Origin: a virus
Lineage: Duplodnaviria > Caudoviricetes
Strand: one strand, 5' to 3'
IMG/VR virus record: IMGVR_UViG_3300026549_000039
Location: 32,001-96,000 of that record
DNA: 64,000 bases
Shown here: in pieces, positions 58,045-64,000 of the stretch
How positions within the stretch are numbered: the stretch's first letter is position 1
Layout: each line of letters starts with the position of its first letter
The notes under the pieces: model-generated
Told to the model about the DNA's origin: nothing
Seen by the model: only the letters and a program-made list of their open reading frames with translations
Databases searched by the model: none
Made by a program: the position numbers and the translations under genes

Positions 58045-58500
58045 ATGGATGAAATGTTTTCTGTAATGCCTGACCAGACCAAGGCTATACTTATGAGGGA
58101 GGCTATTGCGCAGGCTGAGGCCACAGTTGATATGATGAAACAGGCTGCCGATTCCTTTAGGAGCAATGATCTGGATGATGTTCCAGAGCAGGCTCGTGAG
58201 CTGGCTAGTGAGTTCTTCACTAACTTTGAGGAGGCAGACCACAAGATACTTACATCACTGTACATACACGGTTTCTTCGCGGGTGTATCCCACCTGTTCC
58301 GCACAATGAGTGTGTTGGACGCAATGTCTGAGTTCCTGAATAGCGACTGCCAGCATATGGCTGACATAGAGTTTGTTGAGGATGACGATGACACGGATCG
58401 AGCGGGTCTGCCTAAGCAGAAGCCTGGCTTGTCCAGTATGGGAGACGATGAGATACACCAGCTGATAAATAACATGACTCTGTGGAGGGGGCTGAAGTAG
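58045..58500 (+). CDS. Hypothetical acidic protein
   Basis: 151-aa ORF in the operon. Confidence 0.6.
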   Translation: MDEMFSVMPDQTKAILMREAIAQAEATVDMMKQAADSFRSNDLDDVPEQARELASEFFTNFEEADHKILTSLYIHGFFAGVSHLFRTMSVLDAMSEFLNSDCQHMADIEFVEDDDDTDRAGLPKQKPGLSSMGDDEIHQLINNMTLWRGLK

Positions 58501-58758
58501 TTGAAAACAAACAGCTACACAGTAACGCTAGGTGTAAAGACTCCAAGCACGCAGGTCCAGTACAGAATGTTGAACGCAGAAGTATCAGTTTCAGGAGAGG
58601 ACCCTGATGCTGTACTGATGGAAGCATCCAAGCATCTTGTGTGTGCTATAGCTAAAGTAGCCAACGTGCTTGGCGAAGCCCCGCCTGACGAGATCCGTGA
58701 CGACCTTGAGCAGATAATTGGTAGTGAATCGGCAGCTGTTATGTACGGTGAGGACTAG
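58501..58758 (+). CDS. Hypothetical protein
   Basis: SD GGAGGGG before TTG. Confidence 0.55.
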   Translation: MKTNSYTVTLGVKTPSTQVQYRMLNAEVSVSGEDPDAVLMEASKHLVCAIAKVANVLGEAPPDEIRDDLEQIIGSESAAVMYGED

Positions 58759-58802
58759 CTTCTAACACGTGTCTTTTAATTTGAATTAACTCGGAATACG
58801 AA

Positions 58803-58832
58803 TAAGAGGGGGCGGTTTAACGCCCCCTCTTA
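58803..58832. terminator. Bidirectional terminator between convergent genes
   Basis: TAAGAGGGGGCG-gtttaa-CGCCCCCTCTTA, a 12-bp perfect stem; one arm is the last codons of the SLT gene. Confidence 0.8.
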
Positions 58833-59551
58833 ATTATCCTGTTCATAGATTTTATTTCACTCTGGTGGGCATCGCGTATTTGGTCAATACGAATCAGCCC
58901 ATGCTCCATTTGCTCAAACGCCATATAGGTGGTAAGAACCTGCTCTAACACGTAACTCTTGCTAGGTACAGAAAAGAATCGTATCAGGCCACCTATAATA
59001 GACTGTTCATACTGTATGTACCGTCTGAGTAAACAGCATCCTACCTTTACGCCTCCGTCTGCTGTTAGAATTGTTACATGATTCACGCCTAAAGATTGAG
59101 CTAACTTTCTGTGCAAAGGCCACATCACCTGCATAGCTCCTTTAGCTCTGCCTGCTTTAGTCTTTCTACCAACGGCATCAGCTTTGAAAGTACTTTCAAC
59201 ATCAACGACACCTACAACAAGACCGATAGGCAGGCAGTACATATGAGAATACCTTATGATTGCCTTTGCCATATCCTCCCTTTGCTGCTGAGTAAGGTTT
59301 GGGTTCACATAGTGTATATAGGACATAATATCTATGTAGGTCTTGAAGGTTTCAGCTGTCATTCCCAGCTTTTGACCTTCCTCTTGATGAAACCTATCAA
59401 GAACCATCTGGTACATTGGTTTTGTGTCTGATGCCTCGGCAGGTTTCGCAAATATGAGGTTGTTTGCTTTAACCAACATGTTATAGGCGCTGACCCAAAA
59501 TACAGCGGACAGAATCAGAACAAGTAAGCATAACCATCCTGCAAATGCCAT
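58817..59551 (-). CDS. Lytic transglycosylase (SLT domain) with an N-terminal TM/signal anchor
   Basis: VVDVESTFKADAVG (catalytic Glu), AKGAMQVM; start ATG 59551 after AAAGGAG; hydrophobic N-terminus. Confidence 0.8.
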   Translation of the reverse strand: MAFAGWLCLLVLILSAVFWVSAYNMLVKANNLIFAKPAEASDTKPMYQMVLDRFHQEEGQKLGMTAETFKTYIDIMSYIHYVNPNLTQQQREDMAKAIIRYSHMYCLPIGLVVGVVDVESTFKADAVGRKTKAGRAKGAMQVMWPLHRKLAQSLGVNHVTILTADGGVKVGCCLLRRYIQYEQSIIGGLIRFFSVPSKSYVLEQVLTTYMAFEQMEHGLIRIDQIRDAHQSEIKSMNRIIKRGR

Positions 59552-59826
59552 TTCGTTGTCTCCTTTCAGATCCTTATAGGTAAGTTTTCGTAAATACATG
59601 ATAGGTACCTCCCATTAGTTTGTGTCTGATAATTATAGCACAGTGATACCAAGGTTATACGGAGCACCATTGGTTGTCTGTATAGTAAATCTCTTTTAGG
59701 TCTACAGGACCAGCTATATTGGGCACGACAGATTTGGTGGCTAAAAGCTATAATGGTTCGAGGTCGGCGCAGATAATAAGCAGTGATATCTGCGCCTTTA
59801 TTCTACTACAAGGTGGCGGAACAATC

Positions 59827-61794
59827 ATGTCATTATCAAAGGAAACACTAGTCAGCATGGGTTACAACACATCGTTCTCGGAAAAGATAGCAGGATATCC
59901 AGACAGGCTTTTGGAGTTGAACGGGATCTCAGACCATCAATTAGGATTGGCTCAGTTCTATGAGAATCTAATGAAGCGAACGTCTAGGCTGGCTGATACC
60001 TCGGTGGACTCTAATGCTAACGTAGGTAGCAAAACGACAGCAGCTATCCTCCAGGAGATTGACAAGCCAAGGCAGAGGTTGTACGCATTGAATGGTATTT
60101 GGGAGTACCTGATTAAGAATGACGGGTATGAGCGTGCTGTAGAGGTAATGGACGCTATAATCGGGGGCTTGATCTACCCGCATGACTTACCACTGTTCAT
60201 GTATGACCACTACTGTTATGCCTTCTCTGCTGAGAAACTCATGAAGGATGGCCTGCCGTTTATCCCAAGGCTACCGTCTAAACCAGCCCAGCACGCACGC
60301 AGCTTCATCGCACATGTAAACCAGTTTATCCAGTTTGCGTCAAACCATCAGGCTGGTGCAACTGCTATACCTGGATTGTGGGTAGCTTATGCGTACTACG
60401 CCAAGAAGGACGGCCTCACACTGGAAGGCAGGCAGCAGGATTATCAGGAGTTCATATTTACCTGCAATCAGCCTGTTAGATACTCAGCTCAGAGCCCGTT
60501 CGTGAACGTATCACTCCTGGATAAGTACTACATGCAGGGGCAGTATGGTGATATCTACGACGAGGACGGGCGCGTTGTGGGTCACAAGTTCACCTATCCT
60601 GACGGTTCTTTACCAGACTGGAAGTTTGTGGATCAGATCCAGCGGGAATTTTATGAGTACTTTAATAAGTGTATTGATGACAATGGCAGACCTATTACCT
60701 TCCCTGTTATAACAGCGGCTATGATTAAGGACAAGAAGACTGGGATGCCTGCTGATAGGGAGTTCCTAGAGTGGTTCTGTAGCGAGAATGTCAAGCATTG
60801 TTCTGCAAACATACTTCTTAACTACGATCCGAACAACTTTGCGTCTTGCTGCCGTATGATGAACTACACTGATCCGCTCAAGTACACAAATTCGTTTGGA
60901 GCAGGCGGAGATTCTATTGGATCTTGGGGTGTGGCCACATTGAATTTGGCCGGAATTGCAGGAGAAGGGTTGAAAAAGGACAAAACGGGCTACTCCTACT
61001 CTAAGTTCCTGTCAGACGTTAAGAAGTATGCTGATATGGCTCGCGAGATTGTGGGCATACGCAGGCATTATGTCACCCAGAATATCCAGCGTGGTCTACT
61101 TCCTCTCTTCACGATGGGGTATGTAAAGCCCGAATCGCTGTACTTAACAGTGGGTATTGTTGGGGCATATGAAGCATTGGAGCAGCTTGGCTGTTTCAGC
61201 AGGGATAGAGTTGATAACTGCCTGCATTACTATGTTGACATGCTGGATGTGCTTAATGCCGGTAACAAGGAAGCCAATGATGAGCAGACCAATACTATCT
61301 ACAACCTTGAGCAGGTTCCGGCAGAGAATGCAGCTGTCAAGCTGGCTACGATTGACAGAGTGTTGGGTAGGCACGATTACCAGCTCCTGTCCAACCAGTG
61401 GCTTCCTCTATCCTACAACACAGACATCTTCTCTAGGTTGGAGGTATCTGGCGCTTTGGATACAGCTATGTCTGGCGGCGCTATCGTTCACATATCAGCG
61501 GGGCAGGAGCTAGATGCTAACTCGATGCAGTCCCTTATAGACTATGCGTCAAAGACAGAGAATGTCTACTTTGCTGTTAATTATATGTTTAGCTGCTGCC
61601 ATGATTGCCACTCTATATCTCACTCGGCAAACACTATAGCGTGCCCAAAGTGCGGTGGGAGCAATCTTGATAAGTTTACTAGGGTAGTAGGCTTTATTAC
61701 ACCCCTCGATACCTGGTCCACCCCTAGAAAGGAGGAGAAGAGGATCCAGCTGGATTTACAGATGAAGAATTATGTAGCAGGCAGGGCAGGTTAG
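59827..61794 (+). CDS. nrdD: Anaerobic (class III) ribonucleoside-triphosphate reductase
   Basis: IYPHD, ITFPV, SCCR, LEQVPAE, CHDC...CPKC, glycyl-radical loop TRVVGF; start at ATG 59827 (MSLSKE); no ATP cone evident. Confidence 0.93.
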   Translation: MSLSKETLVSMGYNTSFSEKIAGYPDRLLELNGISDHQLGLAQFYENLMKRTSRLADTSVDSNANVGSKTTAAILQEIDKPRQRLYALNGIWEYLIKNDGYERAVEVMDAIIGGLIYPHDLPLFMYDHYCYAFSAEKLMKDGLPFIPRLPSKPAQHARSFIAHVNQFIQFASNHQAGATAIPGLWVAYAYYAKKDGLTLEGRQQDYQEFIFTCNQPVRYSAQSPFVNVSLLDKYYMQGQYGDIYDEDGRVVGHKFTYPDGSLPDWKFVDQIQREFYEYFNKCIDDNGRPITFPVITAAMIKDKKTGMPADREFLEWFCSENVKHCSANILLNYDPNNFASCCRMMNYTDPLKYTNSFGAGGDSIGSWGVATLNLAGIAGEGLKKDKTGYSYSKFLSDVKKYADMAREIVGIRRHYVTQNIQRGLLPLFTMGYVKPESLYLTVGIVGAYEALEQLGCFSRDRVDNCLHYYVDMLDVLNAGNKEANDEQTNTIYNLEQVPAENAAVKLATIDRVLGRHDYQLLSNQWLPLSYNTDIFSRLEVSGALDTAMSGGAIVHISAGQELDANSMQSLIDYASKTENVYFAVNYMFSCCHDCHSISHSANTIACPKCGGSNLDKFTRVVGFITPLDTWSTPRKEEKRIQLDLQMKNYVAGRAG

Positions 61795-61807
61795 GTGGTG
61801 TACTACC

Positions 61808-62362
61808 ATGTTTTATGATTTGACGGTAGACTATGGAGGAGTGAACTTCCCGAAACCATATAGGAAGAAAGATGTTATCTATATCGGCTTCATAGCTGTT
61901 TTTTCTGGGTGCAATAGAGCTGTTAGTGGGAATCCGTGTCCTGATTGCCAAAACTCTAGCCTGTGGGAACATGCTTGTAAGTCTAGGTTTGATTCTATAA
62001 AGGATATAACAGCATTTGTACATAAGAAGGTTAGCATATTTGATGGAATCAGTGCTGGTAGAGCAGTAAAGTACTTCTACGCTGTTCTAGGTGGGGAGCC
62101 TCTGGATCAAGAAGCTGATGACCTGCGCATTGTGCATAGAGCAGTGCGAGCTGGTTTGGAAAGGCCGGTTCCTAGTGTGCTGTTTACAGGTTACTCATCA
62201 TTGAACCAGAACGGTATAAACGATGGAACCAAGCGTTACGTACTCGAACAGATCAATTATGTTAAGGTTGGGTCGTACCTAGGCGACGCCTACAAGGTTG
62301 ATGGCCTAGAATCTGGACTAGCAACAGCTAACCAGCGTTGGATAATAGTAAACCCTATTTAG
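61808..62362 (+). CDS. nrdG: Anaerobic RNR activating protein (radical SAM)
   Basis: FSGC...CPDCQN, LGGEPLDQ, LFTGY, VKVGSY, LATANQR; directly follows nrdD. Confidence 0.88.
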   Translation: MFYDLTVDYGGVNFPKPYRKKDVIYIGFIAVFSGCNRAVSGNPCPDCQNSSLWEHACKSRFDSIKDITAFVHKKVSIFDGISAGRAVKYFYAVLGGEPLDQEADDLRIVHRAVRAGLERPVPSVLFTGYSSLNQNGINDGTKRYVLEQINYVKVGSYLGDAYKVDGLESGLATANQRWIIVNPI

Positions 62363-62372
62363 AATAAGACAA

Positions 62373-62399
62373 GCCCCGTTCCATAATGGATACGGGGCT
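62373..62399. terminator. Hairpin terminator between convergent nrdG and HU genes
   Basis: AGCCCCGT-TCCAT-a-ATGGA-t-ACGGGGCT. Confidence 0.75.
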
Positions 62400-62418
62400 G
62401 TTCCTTTAATGGATAGCT

Positions 62419-62781
62419 TTACTCAGCGTTCAGGTCTGCCTTCAGGGCTTTACCGACCTTCAGCCTCACCGTCCACTGGGCCGGAATGTCGATAATCTCA
62501 TCAGGTTTCTGAGGATTCCTTCCCTGCCTCGGCTGGCGGTAAACAGGCTCCAAGAGGAACAGGTTGTGGGCCGACACAGACTTCTTTTTGGCTAGAGCGT
62601 CACCAATGCATCTGAACGTAGACCTCACGACATCAGCAATCTGAGCCTTAGTAAGATCGTGGTCAGTGCTGGAGGAAACAAGATTTGCCACCTCGTCAAT
62701 CAGCTCACCGTACCCCAATCTCCCATTCAGCTCTTTTGTCGCGGCCTTCTTGGGCTCAACTTTCTTTGCCATAGCAACCAC
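62419..62781 (-). CDS. HU/IHF-family DNA-binding protein
   Basis: ELIDEVA...LTKAQIADVV...IGDAL...RQPRQGRNPQ.P.E.IDIPA...V.LKVGKALK. Confidence 0.88.
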   Translation of the reverse strand: MVAMAKKVEPKKAATKELNGRLGYGELIDEVANLVSSSTDHDLTKAQIADVVRSTFRCIGDALAKKKSVSAHNLFLLEPVYRQPRQGRNPQKPDEIIDIPAQWTVRLKVGKALKADLNAE

Positions 62782-62897
62782 ACTACTCCTTTCGAGTATA
62801 AAAATTTAGCGCTACCAACGCTAGTAGCCTAATACTACTACATAACCCTGATTCTATCAAGTGTTTAGATATGGGTATAAAATGTAAGAAAAAGGAC

Positions 62898-62932
62898 TTG
62901 ACAAAGCAGTCATGGGTAAGTATAATACTTAC
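62898..62932 (+). promoter_or_regulatory. Perfect-consensus sigma70 promoter with a palindromic operator over the -10
   Basis: TTGACA (62898-62903), 17 bp, TATAAT (62921-62926); GTAAGTA-taa-TACTTAC at 62916-62932. Confidence 0.85.
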
Positions 62933-62968
62933 ATCGTCCAGTGAGGGACGGAGTATTGGGGGTTAAAT

Positions 62969-63199
62969 ATGAAGTTAAAGCAGCTGTTGTGGTTGGGTAT
63001 GGGTTATATCTGGGAAGATGAAGAGTTTATGGAAAAGTTCTGCGCTGATTGCCCGAAGCGTTGTGCATATGGTGAACCAGCACCTGGATGTTTCAGGCTT
63101 GGAACTTACAACGAAATACAGGGGGTGTTATATGAAGCAGCTGAGAAATGTGTTTGTATTCTAACAAGGTATGGAGTACCAGATGAGGATGGTGACTAA
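62969..63199 (+). CDS. Small Cys-containing hypothetical protein
   Basis: First ORF after the strong promoter; CADCPKRC. Confidence 0.6.
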   Translation: MKLKQLLWLGMGYIWEDEEFMEKFCADCPKRCAYGEPAPGCFRLGTYNEIQGVLYEAAEKCVCILTRYGVPDEDGD

Positions 63200-63201
63200 A
63201 A

Positions 63202-63615
63202 GTGTCAGGGTATAACTTAGGCATCGAAGTAAACGATGAAGAGTATTGCACTGCACTACGAATTGATGATTCTGTAGATCATCTTGAAGCAATGAACCGG
63301 GCCTTTTGGGCTATTAAGAAGGAATTTTATCCTGAAGGGAAGGATGAAAATCGAGCAAAGTGTAGTTTTAAGTACCTTATCAAGAGTGTGAATTATATTC
63401 GAGCTGCTGTTGAAGCTATTAAGGATGCTCGCTATGAGCTGCACAATGCTATCTATGATCCTGAGTATTATGAAAATTCTCTCTCTACTACGCTTGCTGA
63501 GGAGAGGCTCAAGAAGTTGGACAAGATGTTGTTCTCTCTCGAAAGCTGGGTAGCATACGTCATGTCAACATTGGAGATTACTGAAGATGAGCTCAACAAT
63601 TCAAGAGATGGCTAA
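63202..63615 (+). CDS. Hypothetical protein
   Basis: 137-aa ORF in the operon. Confidence 0.6.
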   Translation: MSGYNLGIEVNDEEYCTALRIDDSVDHLEAMNRAFWAIKKEFYPEGKDENRAKCSFKYLIKSVNYIRAAVEAIKDARYELHNAIYDPEYYENSLSTTLAEERLKKLDKMLFSLESWVAYVMSTLEITEDELNNSRDG

Positions 63616-64000
63616 CAAGTTTTCTATCTTAGATGTTGCGTGTGGTGGGCGGACGTTTTACTACAACAAGAACGATCCTGATGTTCTGTTTGTAGATAAC
63701 AGGAACGAGTGCTTTGAACTGTGCGACGGTAGGACTTTCAACATAAGCCCCGATTTAACACTGGACTTTACGAATCTTCCATTTCCGTCTAACAGTTTCA
63801 AGATGGTTATATTTGATCCGCCACATCTTACAAGAGCAGAGGTGAATGGATGGCAGTACAAGAAGTATGGCGTCTTGCCTAAAGATTGGAAGCCTTACAT
63901 TAAGGCAGGGTTCAAAGAGTGCTTCAGGGTTTTGGAGGAAGGTGGTTCGCTGATATTTAAATGGTCTGAGGTACATGTTTTGCTAAATGAAGTGCTGCCA
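63608..64000 (+). CDS. SAM-dependent (amino-type DNA) methyltransferase, partial
   Basis: Not in the ORF track (runs off the right edge): MANKFSILDVACGGRTFYYNK...DFTNLPF...VIFDPPHL...GFKECFRVL...LIFKWSE. Confidence 0.82.
   Translation, partial: MANKFSILDVACGGRTFYYNKNDPDVLFVDNRNECFELCDGRTFNISPDLTLDFTNLPFPSNSFKMVIFDPPHLTRAEVNGWQYKKYGVLPKDWKPYIKAGFKECFRVLEEGGSLIFKWSEVHVLLNEVLP

Noticed and set aside
59708-59740. NrdR-box-like sequences upstream of nrdD
   Set aside because: Only half-site matches (tATATTGgg) to the consensus; too weak to call without a PWM scan.
1-64000. DGR template repeat, reverse transcriptase and avd
   Set aside because: By eye, I found no AAC-rich near-copy of the VR and no RT (YxDD in RT context) ORF; a computational search is still needed.

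Overview
A 64-kb internal segment of a large tailed dsDNA phage, possibly a phage-plasmid. Its host is probably an anaerobe (class III RNR); strong SD sites, XkdX/DUF6273 genes, a lambda-Tfa-like chaperone and spanin-like proteins hint at a diderm such as Negativicutes or Synergistota (inference only). Positions 1-37.1 kb hold two divergent tail/baseplate operons meeting at ~12.4 kb. They include a VgrG-like hub-spike fusion, beta-propeller/vWA/C-type-lectin/Gly-rich adhesins sharing an Ig-like C-terminal module, five copies of an unrecognised domain on Pro-rich stalks, and two Mtd_N + DUF6273 fibre genes. The second fibre gene has the signature of a diversity-generating-retroelement variable repeat; I found no TR or RT in the window. 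Positions 37.2-53 kb (minus strand) hold a replication block: SbcD, an RHH protein, UDG-fused PolA, a DnaB-like helicase with a Glu1 class-3 intein, and an AEP primase. Embedded in it is a plasmid-type replicon with six identical 20-bp iterons, an AT-rich tract, hairpins, 37-bp repeats, a candidate initiator gene and a predicted ~200-nt structured antisense RNA, an arrangement resembling IncQ replicons. Positions 53-64 kb (mostly plus) hold a DUF3310 protein, membrane/lysis-like proteins, a Lar-like protein, SbcC, an SLT, nrdDG, HU and a partial methyltransferase. Two consensus-like sigma70 promoters share a 17-bp palindromic operator. No capsid, terminase, integrase, tRNA or CRISPR array was recognised. 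All domain calls come from motif recognition by eye, not database searches.
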